A DNA stretch of 64,000 bases. Source: Phoronis australis (lineage: Eukaryota; Animalia; Phoronida). The stretch lies in NCBI GenBank assembly GCA_002633005.1, contig NMRA01000010.1:613252-677251 (forward strand), given 5' to 3'. The notes below the pieces were generated by a model that was not told the origin of the DNA, did no database searches, and was given only the letters and a program-made list of their open reading frames with translations. Below are positions 24,100 to 55,700 of the stretch, piece after piece; the stretch's first letter is position 1; each line of letters opens with the position of its first letter. A program made the position numbers and the translations under genes.

Positions 24100-27000
24100 C
24101 GGCAAAGATATAAAATTGGTGATCCTAAACGCTTTCAAACGATACGGGAAATAGTTTTCGGAATGGAAATACTAAACCCGATGGTACGCATGTACAATTG
24201 GAATTGTGGGTAAAGTGTTTCCGGTACCACCAGGTGACCGATAGATGTCGACACTGGCACATTCAGGATGGGGCCTTCCTTCCTCACGAACATTTTTTCG
24301 GGAGCTCAATTGATTCCTCATAATCCGCGATTCTTTTCCTAAACAACACCACAATTATTTTTTATGGTAAATTGATTTCTTTTCTTAAGAATACAGGCAC
24401 CGCCTTTGTGTCCGGTGTGCAGCTTATAGCACTAGTAGTGAATGCGGACGGCAGCCAGTTAGCTCGGCCGAACACTGAATTCGCAGTTAAGAATTTGTGG
24501 CCAGCGCACACTCAGAGAATGCAACAAAGGCAAGGAATATTGCGAGACCGGTTTTGTGAGAGCTAAATTAGTCCTATAATTCGCTTTTCGTTTTTAAATA
24601 GATGACGGAAAATTGCAACTTTAAACGGGCCAACACACTGAACGTCGCCTTCGTGCCATTCAATTTACATTGCTGCCCCCTTTAGTCCACCACAACACTG
24701 ACAATGGAAACAAATATTTTTTGTGAATTTTTTAATCATAGTGAGTCATGTACTGTATCTAGTAAATGACACTGAAGCCGGAAAGTGCTGCGATTATAAA
24801 CAATGTACATACCACTCAGGATACTCTTTTCATGAACTGAGGCCTTGATGATGGTCTTGTTCGTCTAGGTAGTGAAGTCAGTGATGGCAAATTTATAAAT
24901 TAAAAAAACACTTCTGGAACTTAATTAATTAAGAGACATACTTCAGGAGCCAATTCTGGGTGAATTAAACCAAACGGTCTTGCAAAATGATAACTAAGCT
25001 GACTCAAAGATAGACCCCCGATTTTAAGAATTATGTTCCCCCAGTCAGTTGGTTTGTTGCAAAGGGCCCCCTGGCCTTTGTAGTGTTCCTAACTTGTGAA
25101 TTGGCCCTCATATAGATCGGCAAATTTAATCGAAATTGCATTCCTCTAGTATACTACAGGCGGCAAAAGTACCTCAACACCGTGAATTGTACTGCACAGT
25201 ACCCCACCGTGACAGACATCTTAAGGCCGTTTAATTTGTTTTGGCTCAACTCACGCCCGTCAAGTCTCAGCAATGACGTCAAAACTGTGTTAGATTTCCC
25301 AGTATCCTATTTGAATCCCCCGGCCCATGGAAAATTGGTCGCTATTATAATGACCAGTTTAAAGAGCGAACGTCAAATCGTTTGAAATTCCTTCAGTTTC
25401 CTTGTTTTGTATGTTTGGATCGGGAAGGGCATGAAAGCCACCTTTTTTGTCTTGTGATTATTATTGATTTGAGTCTTCATAAATAGCCTACAGAACCCTA
25501 GAGTTCTGTTATATAAACTGCATTGCCGTGAGTGACTGATAGAAGTGACGTCACATTTTTACGCGGCTCTTAAGATATCCTATCGCGCATTTGCTCTTGT
25601 CGCCCAACCTCACACTCTCTGAAATGGGTTCAGTTGTTGAGGGATTATTGTTGTTTTATCACGAGTATGCTGTTGTGACTGACTAAATGGTTCATGTGTT
25701 AAATGAAAATAAATATCCGTAAATAAAACAACAAAAATGGATCAGTGATCATTTACGTATACTTATTCTACTTTTCGACACACAAGTGTATCCTTTAGAG
25801 GATCTGGATCGTCTCTTTTAGTTTCGGATTTATTTTCTACGTTATGAAAATATACTTACGAGTCGTATACATATAATATGGGCGTTTGTGCGTGGGTCAA
25901 GAAAAAATAAAACTTTAAGGTCACTATGTAAGTCTAAAACCCGAAAAATTCTCCGGACATGCTTTGGCTAACTTTCACACATTATGACTGATGCCCTGCT
26001 CCTCAAAACCCTCTCTAGAAATCATTTTTAAAATGTTCCAATTTTGAAAGAGAAACTGCTAAAATAGGACTTCTTAACTACAATTGTTAAGAAAAACAAA
26101 TGGTAGTCGAGAAAATTACAATATTTTGAAATCACGGGGTGATAAGGGTGTGAAACATCTGTTCTATTTACTGGATGAAAACCGTAGTTTTCGGATTACG
26201 AATCTTGAAAAAAATACCCGAAGTGTTTTCTTTATATTTAATTTTAGTGACTTGCAAACCAATGAGCCTGCAGCGCGTTTTATTCAAGACCAGACATTCG
26301 TGAGTCGGTTGGTAACGTTTGGTCCTACTACCAAACGCTATATCTAAGTATGGTAATGAACACCATATCTGGAGCCGTGTCTATACACTGTAGGATTGTG
26401 AGCTAGACTTCGTACACCATAGCAGTTTAACGCTAGGGTCAACGTAAGGATTAATAAATCATAACACATGAACCATAAAATAACCGAGGACAGATAAATA
26501 GACACCGATCTTTAGTTCGTTCTAAAGCAGACAACAAAACGTCAAAATTAATTTTGAGTTCGGATGGTGTGAAGATTTGACCACAAATAAATAATACGAG
26601 GACGCATCATGCTGTGATGAAAACGTGCTACGGGCTTTGCAGCGACATCTGTTTTTTAATTGGGTCAGTGCTCAAAAACCGTTATTCAACCTAGACCTAA
26701 GAAAATCAGTATTGAGGGGACTTCCCTATGCAAATCTGGTACGTGTATTTGGGAGCTTGTATTTTTTGGATAAAAGGTCGAATACAATAATATATCTACG
26801 TCCAGACATACCGTTTGGCAGCTTGAAATTTTTGGGTCCTGGCACATAAACCGATATGTGCCACTTTGAGGCTTGGGAAGGAAGCTGACCTATACCTAAA
26901 CCACTGCAATAGCCAATTCCCAGGAGATTATTAACAAAAGAGAACCTTTTAAATGATTGCATGTAAGAGAATGGAATTCTTGGTTTTAAATTTTTGGTTA

Positions 27001-27704
27001 CACCGTAATTGACACAGAACTCTGTTCTATTTTGACAGAGCTGAGTCACCTGTGACAGCAAGTCAGCGACAGAGTGATGGCCAAGCACACCACTCTACTG
27101 TAGATCGGACAGAGATCAACACCAGGTTGCAAGAAATTTATGCTGCTGCAGTATTAATATTTCCACTGTCAGGATGTTGGACCTTAAACTAAACTTGTCA
27201 ATACTGGTCTCTAAGGGCTTTACACTTTTTTACCATTAATAAAATACATTTTGATAACATGTACGAGTATTTAATGACAAATAGCATACACACGTGAATG
27301 GAAAACAATACAATAACAACTACAGTACGACATTCGGAAATGTTCACACAGTTCATCACATCACCCAACCCTTCACAATTGTACAGGTCTTTTTAGAAGA
27401 TTTAACATCTGATAGTAGTCACAATACATCTAAGTGAACACTCATCTGTCAGTCACTGTAGTCTAACTGTCGACATGTGAATCTAACTGGGATCCTAGAA
27501 CACGCTGTGGATTTGGGTTAGTGTTGTTCACAAAACAGGCGTCCTCTGGTAGTTGCAAGTTAAACCATTTCTATGATAAATGAGTGATTTCTGAAAACAA
27601 TGAATAAATCCTAGCTAAATGATCAAAATATGCTTTTACCAAGACAAATAGTACATGTTCCAACTGCTTGTTAAATAACGCACATTGTTAGCTCGGTTAT
27701 TCAA

Positions 27705-27710
27705 TTTATT
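27705..27710 (-). terminator. Candidate tankyrase polyadenylation signal AATAAA
   Basis: TTTATT on plus strand about 1.3 kb downstream of the tankyrase stop; not verified. Confidence 0.3.
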
Positions 27711-28643
27711 CACATTCTTATGGTCTTTAATCTGCTCTGAACCACACAGCCTTCCCTTACTCACTTCAGAGCACATACCATGTTTTTCTATTCCAGCTGA
27801 CAACATATAACAATTGTTCGTGAAGTGAAAGTGGCCATGGCAACCCTTCTCTTAATCCGTACAAATCTATACCTTTTAATAGGTATTTGCTGTGTGGATA
27901 ACTAGAAGAGTATTCATGTATTCGAATGGAAGTGTACAAATCATACTAACTATAAGCAGATTTCTCAACATTTCAACGAACTGCATGAATTATTACAGTG
28001 TACAAATTAACAGAGGAATTACCGTACTCAATTTTTAAGATGTTTACATCCCTTTGTCTGCAACTGCATCCCACACATGCAAAAGCAACAATCTACACAA
28101 CTGACAGAAAACAAATCACAGGTAAACAGCTACAAATCTGTACAACTCAGTAATAATACAGATTTTGAACAAACTCTATCATAATTCTTAAACAGAAAAG
28201 AAATACCTTTGGAAAACTAACAACATTGTGTGTCTCAACCAAGTCAATAGACCAACCTTATGTCATTGTGCCTTTGTATACGATTCATTAAACCAAAATG
28301 AGTCCAATGCCCATGCAAACATATCGTGATATTACTCATATTGAGTTGAGGCTTAAGGAAAAACTAAAAAATGGCTAAAAGGCTGGTCAGTTTAGAAAGC
28401 ATTTTGTACAGGTTTAGACGGCATAAATTGTAGCATCAAACAGTTACTGTAGTGATAAAATAGAGTCTGGCCCAATTCAATAATGAGTGCAACAAGATCC
28501 AAATCTTGTTCAAATGCATAAATGCCATCTAGCCCATCAAACTACCTGCATCACGACGCGTACTGTAATTTGAAGCATTATGCCACTGATACATACAGAG
28601 TACACCCTACATCCACTCTCAACTGAACACAGCTTGCTCTTCC

Positions 28644-28716
28644 ATAACCATTACACAGTGTAAATATATAACCATTACACAGTGTAAATATATAACCATT
28701 ACACAGTGTAAATATA
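28644..28716. repeat. 24-bp tandem repeat x3 in the presumed tankyrase 3'UTR
   Basis: ATAACCATTACACAGTGTAAATAT repeated three times. Confidence 0.95.
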
Positions 28717-28984
28717 TTTTCATCCACTCTTCAGTGCCAATAGGGCAGTGTAAAATCATTGTCACATCTTATGTACTTCTCGCTCACAACTTTCTACTGT
28801 TTAAAGACACCGCGTCCCCTACACGATACTACTCTAAGAACAAAACATTACATACACATAAATACTAGACAGTCGTTGCAAACATTGATAGATGACTGAC
28901 TACAAGAATCAACAGGTTGAGCACAGTCTGGTACAGATGGATGGCTCGAGTCCCCAACTTTACAGATCAGGAAGATGCAATCTT

Positions 28985-46318
<17,334 letters not shown>

Positions 46319-46629
46319 TTTGTTTTTGATCTCGCTATTTTCCGTTAATTTCCGTCAGATGTTCGGAAAACAAAACACACCACGATAACGAAAAAATAAA
46401 ATTTACTCACATTGTAAAAGTGAATTATTACTGATTACTTAAACATGATAAACTTAACTAAAAATTAACCTTTCCCATAATGTCCTTTTGAAGGTATATT
46501 TCAATGCAATTTTCTTTAGATTAAGTAATTTTGCGATCGTCATTCGATATGGCGGGAATTTTGCAGGTTGTTGTGATTTAAAGGGTCCTTTTTCTTTATT
46601 CTTACACTTAGTAGGGAGTTAAATCGACA
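46319..46629. promoter_or_regulatory. Bidirectional promoter/5'UTR region shared by tankyrase and GINS4, with an E2F-type site
   Basis: Only 311 bp separate the divergent ATGs; TGGCGGGAA at 46550-46558. Confidence 0.75.
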
Positions 46630-46728
46630 ATGGATGAGCTGAGTGGGGAAGCAGAACTTTTTGACAGTGGCAGCGATGAAGATGCTGAAGAACTAACCGC
46701 TGCTGAAGTTCTGAAGAGACTCGAAGAT
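46630..46728 (+). CDS. GINS4: GINS4/SLD5 exon 1
   Basis: MDELSGEAELFDSGSDEDAEELTAAEVLKRLED, donor GTAAGT. Confidence 0.9.
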
Positions 46729-49700
46729 GTAAGTTATGAGTAGGCTAGTAGATACACGTCACTCACGGGGTGAGATTAATACAGGAACTCATAGTGATAC
46801 TGGGCACTGGTCGGATAAAGCGGACCCTGATTTTGAGAACCAGTTTCATCCACTGAATAATGGGCCCGTTATTCAGTGATTGCCTGGTTCTCAAAATCAG
46901 GTACCGCCCTATCTGACAAGTGCCCTGATACTGATAAGGAGGACTGTAAAGTGTAGCCCCTGGCCCTGTATTAATATTGTCAGCCGAGGGGATACGTGTT
47001 GCCGGTGGCTTGTAGCCTTATAGAGAGTGGCTCTAGAGACGGTGGTACTCCCATAGGGCCTTCATACACTGGAAGCTTTTCGGCGAATTATGCCTCACAC
47101 TGATTAAACCATCAAAGTCACATGGCTGTAAATTTTTTGTGCATAGAATTACACCTTAGGAGGCCGCCGATGTCTTTAATTCCTTCCTACTCTATCAGTT
47201 ACTCCTGTAATCAAACTTTTTTTCAAGCAGTCCTTCGTTCAGTTTCCCAAATCGGTAACTGGCCATTTTTACACTGCTCGCGCCAGGGGATATAACGTTA
47301 TTATATTGTTTTTCAATTTAACAGCTTTAAGGGGCAATGTGAGTTTCGGTTGGCTCCCAGATTTTGCATCTGCCCTTGCGGTCGTTAGCTCATGTTGATA
47401 TGTTTTGTGATGAAGAGACAAGCAGAACTACCTGGGCGGTGCGACATTTCAAGGTCTATGGGAGCTTAAGGCACAGTGGTCCCTAACTATATTTTGATGA
47501 TAGTCTTCACGCAGCCAGCTGACTGGCTAAGTTCTGAGCTGCTTAATACTATATAAGTTATGTTATATTTTGTTGACAAATGAAGAGAGGTATTTGAAAG
47601 AAATCAATTACACAAGTATTTGTTTAAGTTGGAAGGATTTAAAGACAACGACAGCCTCCTAAAGTGTCCCTCTTTGCTTGAAAGATACTACCTTGTAGCA
47701 ACTTAACGAGCCAGTGGTTTAGCCAGTGGAACATAATTTGACGTGCTGAGACAAGGGATGGAAACACTGTCTAATAATCTGCGATACACCAACTCAGACC
47801 TGAAGTTGCTGATTATCAGAGTACTTTAGAATAGATTCTGTGTAAGAAAAATCAGAAGAAGAAATCCCAGGTGTTGTGGCAAAATACTAGTCGGGCGTGA
47901 TAGTACCAAGAAAATCATATTTATGTTGGTATTTACAGGACCTTGTTATATTTCTCTTCATTTTACCTTCTGAAAGAACGACAATCAACCTCTGCCATCT
48001 TGTGCATCATATTAAAATTAGTAGTCATCTGAATTCTAGCCAATGCGAATCCAGGTAAATGTTGGCTTCTTTTATTTCACACAGACTTATACCCCTTTTA
48101 AGAACAAAATTAATACAGGCTATAACTGTTGGTTTTATTGGTTCGTACTCAGGCCTGGCTGAATGAGAAGTTTTCCCCCGAGCTTCTGGAAAATAAGATG
48201 GAGGTGGTCGATTGTATGCTTCAACAGCTCGAATTGATGGAGCAGAACATACGGCAGGCAAAGAAAGGAGATTTCAAACTGAGCATTCACAGAATGGAGG
48301 CGAGTACTCTTGTAATAAATCAGCGTTCGCATGTCATGCTTGTAAGTGCCAGTTCTTTCGACATTTAAAGTGGTAAACTAAAAAACCTAGTGGGCAAATT
48401 TGACAAGTATTCTTGGATGCACAGTGTAATGTTCTTTGCCTGTACTACTCTAACTTAAAAGGCCGGACATTTTAAAAAATTTGGTCAGTCGTTCAGCTGG
48501 TAATAGTCGCTCACGGGATCTCGCATTTTGAAAACCAGTTTCTCCACTGAATAATGGGCATCAAACTAGTTCTCAATATCTGAGACCCCTGCAAGTGACC
48601 GTTGCCTTGCAGTCTCTGTATTTCCTCTGCAACGAGAGAGTTCCATTCGAGATGGGGCTATTATCTATTATCACAAATTGGAGATTAGAAATGAAATGGC
48701 AGTGAAAATGATTAGCACTGTCAAATGACTTGCACATGTTATATTAATGGTCACATGACATCCCTTAAAGTAAACCCCTATTAATGGTACAGGCTGAGAC
48801 TCTACAGGTAAAATAATTGATGTAGATTTTATGCTTAAGGTCACACCTCATCTCGTATACAAAAAGTATATGTAATGGGTACACACTGGAGAAACAAACA
48901 TAAAATGTATATACTGCTGGAAGTGCGTTTTATACACTGTACCATATTTTAGTTTCAGAAAAAACAGTAATTCATTATCCAAGAACATTTCAAATCTTGA
49001 ATATTTTTCAGTCAAGTTTCAAAAGCTTTCACCAAACATGCATGACGCTTGTTCATTTTGATATCAAAATAACATGTTTCTACAATTGTGTGAGCTGTCG
49101 GGTTGTCTTCCTTGTTTTGTATTATTTGTTAAAGTATTCTCTATCAAGTCTTTTGGCAAATTGTGTGACGTGTATAATTTTGAAGTGAACTTGTAACTGA
49201 AGCTGTTATTTTGAACTTTTTAGTGTTTTGTTACACTGAAGTAATCTTTGAGTTTGTTGTAATTTCAGATTGACCGAATCAGATTCATCTTGAGTAGTTA
49301 TTTACGGATAAGATTAAAAAAGGTAATGAAGACTTTTAGCTTTCTGTGCTTTCTAAGCTTTTTCTGTTTTATTTTTACTGAATGGTCTGAAAAGGTCTTT
49401 TTCAAGTGTAGGTAGTTAAAGTTGTGGCCAATAGATGTCCTTAAGAATCCAACTGAAGGGCTTTTGAAATGATTTTCCACTTCTGACTTAAAACTGTAGT
49501 GTAAAAATCTTTTTTAATTTATGTGGGTTACTAATATCTTGAAACAGAAGATATTAAACACTGCACATTAGTACGACGTGATGTGAGGTTGAACATGTAA
49601 GTCATTTTTATGAAAAGTAAAACTGAAAAAATATAAAACTGAAAAAGTGATAAAAAACTCTACACTCCCATCTGTGTTTTATATCTTTGGAAAACAGTTT

Positions 49701-52700
49701 GACAACTGTTCTTAATAATTGACATTTTCAAAACCATGCTAAATTTACTGTTTTGATAGACCTCATAAAAAAGTACTTCAATCTTGAGGGCCGATTTTCG
49801 TATTCCAACTGATGTTTTCCACCAACATTTTACTGACATTTGCATGTTTAAGCCCATACGCTTGTACATATTTTTCTTAAAAGGGTACTAAACCTTGTCT
49901 TGAGGATTTAACCCAATCATCATTTTGTCACCTGCTGGTGCAGCCATTGGGGTCAGTTTTGGAAAGATAAAATCGGGAATTAGCTATAGGCTCATACTCC
50001 CTTAATACTCCCCATGCCAAGGATTGGATATCATGGTTCTTGGTGGGTGGTCTTTTCCCACAGTTGCCGTGTAATTTGCTGAAAGTGTAGGTCACGCTTG
50101 CCCCTTTAGAAGACTTTGAAAGGAGTTTTCAAATTTTCTTCCAAACCTTTCAGGGTTGTCGAGGGTTACATAGCATTATTTTGTTTCAGACAATTGGATG
50201 GGAACGTCGTTTTTGATATTTGTTAATGGCCTAAAACCGGGTTTTGTATCCTTTCAAATTATGTGTTTTTTTCAAGTAATTCTGAATCTTCACTTACGTG
50301 CTATTTTTAAAATTCTTCCTTGATTTAAAATGGGCCTAAATTTAGATGTAGGGACAGCCTTGTATAAAAGTGTGTCAGTCAAAATGCATGCATTCAGAGT
50401 AGAAAATTAAAAGATCACATGCCTGTCTCTAACTCTGACCTCAGTTTACGCTTTCTTTTGAAAATGATCATTATTATAGATAATCCCTTAGTTGTCTGCG
50501 AAGAGTTAATCATGTATAAGCAGCACGAACTTTGTAAAAGCCCCTTGATATGACTGCATGTTAGAACGACCTTGGATGTCTGACATCTGCTGTGTCTACC
50601 TGACCAGGATCAAGTATGATGTCGGAACAAATCAGATTAATTGCACACTGCTTTCTGTGTCTTGTAAACTCTAGCGTGTTTCAGCTTCATGGCATATCAG
50701 ATGAATAAATATATTTATTAAATGATTTGGACTGATTACGAAATAATAACGTCATATTTTGAAGTAAAACATTATCCATATTGATCGCTCATACGTCCAT
50801 TCATTGCTACTATGGTAACAAAATGTTAATTCCTTTTAAAATATTTCTGTGAAGTAGTGCATCTCTCATTATGACTGTATCCTGGCTTCTCCTTGTTCAC
50901 AAGTCTGTACTTTACCACTGCACCACTAGCACACCAATGAAAGTTTTCTAAGCGTTTTCATGTCATCCGGATTCTGATGTCACATGTATTTTTAAATAAC
51001 CATAAGATAGAAACCACCAGATGAATGCAAACTTCCATCAAGACCTTGTTGTTCCCACCGTCACGCTACTCTGCAAATAGTGGGTTTTCAAAGGCTAAAA
51101 TGTTGCCCCCCAAAAATGTGATAATGACCTTGGCCCCTACATTTTTGGGGGCTGAAAACCAACATATTGACCTTGGCTTACGCCAAAAATTGTATCATAT
51201 CGGATGAATTCTTTTAGGCCTCTTTTATTCAAAAACAAAAGCAGGTTGTGTCTATTTTTCCACTGGCCTGGGAGCACATGAAACGCTTAACACATTCCAG
51301 GTCATTTAACGTGAAACCTTGTAATAAACACACTTTTAATGCAAGCCAACTAAAACTACAGACCAGTTTAGTGAAAACTGTATATCCCTCTTTCAACATT
51401 CTAAATTCTGAAAATAGATATGATTTTGATAAAGAATTTTTCATTCAAATTTGGAATTTCTAATTATGTACAAATGAAGTAGCCATCACAGTTGAATGGT
51501 TCTAAACTTAAAAAGTTCAAAATGCAGAACACATCCAGAGCTGTAATTTACAAAATATTTCTTTATATTAAAATTAAAATTCCATTTCACTGAAATCTCG
51601 ATTCATGAAACAATGTCTGTATTCTAAGCTTGTGATAACAATGGAAAGTGTGCCTTCAAGTTAATTATGGATACACTGAATCCTGTCACTATGTTTGGGT
51701 GGATGGTGGAGGGTGTCATGGTCAAACGTGACTATTGTGCTCTGTCCTTTATTTCAGCCTGGGCGCATGTCTGATTCATGGCTTATCCATGATTTTAAAT
51801 GCCCTTCTGTGTGATAACCCACTTTTCTGTCAAGGCTGCCAGGTCGCCTGTCTGCAAATTAAATTTTCCATTAGGTATGTCATAGGTGAAGAGCAGTAGT
51901 ATTAATATGAGTGGACAAAACCTGTGTTAATGATTAGAAGGAGACATGGTTTTAAAAAGTAACAAAACAAAGTAAGTGATTATTGGGTTGAATCTAATTA
52001 TACTACAATGAAAATATTAATGTCAAGCATATTTGTTGGTAATAAGATACAGAACAAAAAACAAAAATACAGGAAAAATTATTATTTTTGTAAGACTTAT
52101 GTAAGCTGTCATGTCGGCAACATAGAAATGAGCATTTAGTCTTTGTTATAATGAAAATTCTAAGGTGTCTGATATATGAATTATTTTCTTATCACAAATA
52201 ATGAAATTATGAATTTTACCTATTTCTGGTAAATTTTATGTGAATTTTATGGAAGCCGTCACAATTTCGTTTCCTTTATCCTTGAGGCTGTGAGTGATAA
52301 TAACTACACTCCTTGAAAAGCTTCATTGGTGAAGTGGAATTAATCTACTCTGGTCAGGTTGTGGCATTAGTGTTGAAACATTAAAGTTTATGTGAAAACT
52401 GAAAAGAAAAGAAACAAAAATAAAACACCAGGTCCTAGTTTTACCTTTAAAGAGATGAGCACAATGAGCGACTCGATATTTACGCGGTGGTTCTCAGGAA
52501 TAAAAGTCCTTCTTTTTAACATTTGAATAGATCGAGAGCAGAAGGTAATTCATCAGCATAAGGGCGTCCATGTGATAAGAGACCCACGTGATTTGCCTGA
52601 ATGCCGGCCTTTCTATGGTAAGGTCCCTTGCTTCACTTGCGACACCTAGTGAATTCTGAGTTCCTCATTGTATTGCCTCATGGATGGTACAAAGGAATCA

Positions 52701-55700
52701 CTCGTGTCTGCGATCAATAATGGTGGCTGTGGTTTATGCTAACTTTGTAAACTCTTTTTGTGAAAGATTCTGGAGGCAAGCACCATAAGATCACGCTGAA
52801 GTCATATCTCACCACTTGGACGTCAATAAAGCCTTATTCGTTCTTTACGGAAACGAGTTTTCAGTCACATCATCACATAGTTGGATGATTTTCAAAATGT
52901 ACAGAAAGATACCGCTGTAGGTGTTAAAGATTATGCGATATATTCGCGTAACTTATTTTTAGCTCCAACTCCCCTTGTTGCTCATAAAATGGGAAGAAAA
53001 GTGTCACATAAAATTGCTGTTTTCAAAACACCAGACACATTTGTTTTGTGTTCTTGGAATACCTCCTTATCAAAGGTGAAGTTTGTTGAAATCACTATAG
53101 TCTTCTTTCGTATTCTGTTCCGTGAAAGCCCGAAAATATTTTGTAAACTTGAAGCTATATGTAGCTTGTAAGCTTTTGTGTGTTAAGAATACAAATTGGA
53201 ACATGAAGCAAGTAAACATTGTGATTATGCCTGTCCAGTACTTTTATGTTACTTGCACTCTCCCTATTGTGAAATTGTAACCCTGTTTTTATTAGAAACT
53301 TTAATCGATTTAAACTCGGTTTGGGATTCAAATCCATTTAGGAAGCTTGAGAAAACTCAGTTGGGATCAATTTAAACTGAACCTGTTCCTGAAGGTGATT
53401 TCGAATCAATTTAACCTAATCTGCGAAGTGTGAATGTGATTGGACTCAGATGGTGGAAGATACATGTATTTGCACACGTGCATTATGCAGATCGAGGCTC
53501 CTGTGTGTATATTTGTTCAAGATTGTCACAAACTTTAATCTTCCTTTCCATCAGCTCGCTGTCAAGGGATTCCCCAAAGAACAAAAAGTTAAAAAATGAT
53601 CATTAAATACTGTGGAAATAATTGAATTACACACCATAATTTACCATTTGTTTTTGTCCACAATTGGTGACATTTTACCATAGCGTAATCGGGGGGACGT
53701 AGCGACTTAAACCATTTGGAAAAAAATCGTCACAAAGTGCATCAATTTTGAACTATTGCAAAGGAAGTGTTTCAGAACCCCAGCTGACCTTGTTTTTTGT
53801 GTTGAGACAAAATATCCGGTCCTATCACGTGATGTATCCAGACAGAGCCCTTGGAGTTTTTACCATATAGACTGTCAATAAATTGCAACACGGTGTTGTG
53901 AAAAGTGCTCTTTGTATTGTTTAAACAGTTGCACAGATGTTGCCTTGAGGGGATAATGGTGTTAATTGAGCTTGGATAAATAACCTGGGGTTTTGTAAAA
54001 CAAAAGTAGGTCAACATCCGCCACAGTGTACTTTATAGTAGAAGTAGTTTATCGGTCAATGACATGACCTGATTGTAAATGGTTGCGAGGAATTATGACA
54101 CTCAGATAAAAATTCCAGACTGTCTCTATTTTAAGTTTCTTTTGGAGGGGTTTCAGGATGCCCATTCACTTAGAAAGGACTTGAAGATAAACAGACTCAT
54201 TTCCATGAGAAATTTATGCCACAAATCTAACCTTCTGGCATTGATTATTTTTTACTCTTTTATTCAATTAAGCTTAAAATAGTCATCATAATGAGTATTT
54301 CTTTTGCAACTTTTAAAACAGTAGATGAGATTAAAACATTTCTGTAGATTTAACAGTTGGAAAAAACAAACTTCTTGTAGAAATTTAAGTTCCCAAAGTG
54401 ACTCTTTTGTGAAAAGTTGAATTTGAAAATACACACCTTTGTATGGAAATCGGTTTTGAAAAATCTGACCATTTCAGAAGGAGGGGTCTACACATCAAAC
54501 TGTAACATGAGGCGCGTGAAGTGCCGAGAAGGGGGTGGTGCATTTACATGAAAACGAGGAACTCTATACTCGCATATGAAACATACATTGCGAATTGTTC
54601 AAATGGTAATTGAGTAAGGAGAAATATAAAAAAATTGCTTCATGTCCGTGTTCTTTGTTGAATCTAGCTGATTCTAAACAAAATATTCATGTTTTACTTG
54701 ACCCCCCCTGGAGCCTACCATTTCCTTATCTGGTAGGTGAGCATCTAATTTACTTTATGTTTTGACTTGGGCAGCCACACTGATAAATACTTGTTTACTG
54801 AGTGTCTGACCTCATATTTCACGCTTATGCATAACTTTGACAGCAACAGCTTAATAGTAAAACAGGTTGAGCTCAACCTAAAGTAAAATGATGAATACTT
54901 GCCAAAAATTTCCTTTAAAAATGACAAGCAGTGGCTTTGCAATTCTTAGTGAAAATGTCAACCAGAAAATATTAATATTTTTGAAAACATGATATACTGC
55001 GGGATATATTTAATAGCTTACCACAAGTCTGGTATTAAGATAATGATTTCAGTGTCAGGAAATATGTGAGCTGAAACTAGAGGACAACTTATTAGTAATA
55101 AACGTCTTTTCATCCGTTCTAAACAGTGGGACGAGAATGGTCACTTACTCAAGAGTCTGCCCTTCATATAATGACTTTGCTCACGATTTCTGCATTCGCC
55201 ATATTTCTCAAATTTCGGACAACGTTTTCAATCTTCACAGTGGGTAATTTTGCCGTCTTTCCAGTTATTCTTGAATTTGTGGCCACCAATATTGCCTATT
55301 TGTTGAATTTGGGACTAGGTCCGACCTTGAGAGCAAAATAATTAATTTTCACTGTCCCAAATTTAAAATTTGTTTCCGTACATATTTATAAGGCTCAACA
55401 TCCTACCAAGACATTCAAGGCCCCATCCATGACAAAAATAAGATTTTCTATACTACTTTCTATCAAATGATGTTCATATTAATACATAGAGTTTAAACCA
55501 ATTTTAATAGTTTCATGTTGTTTTGTGTATTAATTGGGTTCTGCTACATGAGCATATCACTATCTTTCAACTGATAATACAATACGTCTGTTAAACATCC
55601 GCTACATGTTGATACAAGCACGTATTCAAACTAACGAAATAGAAAGAAAAAGACAGAATTACCAAGAAAAAAACAGAATTAGCAATCATGGGAGGAGAGA

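Noticed and set aside
49877-50110. Possible Kolobok-like element (TTAAAAGGG...CCCCTTTAGA)
   Set aside because: Terminal match is too short and the right TTAA is imperfect; cannot be supported without a repeat search.
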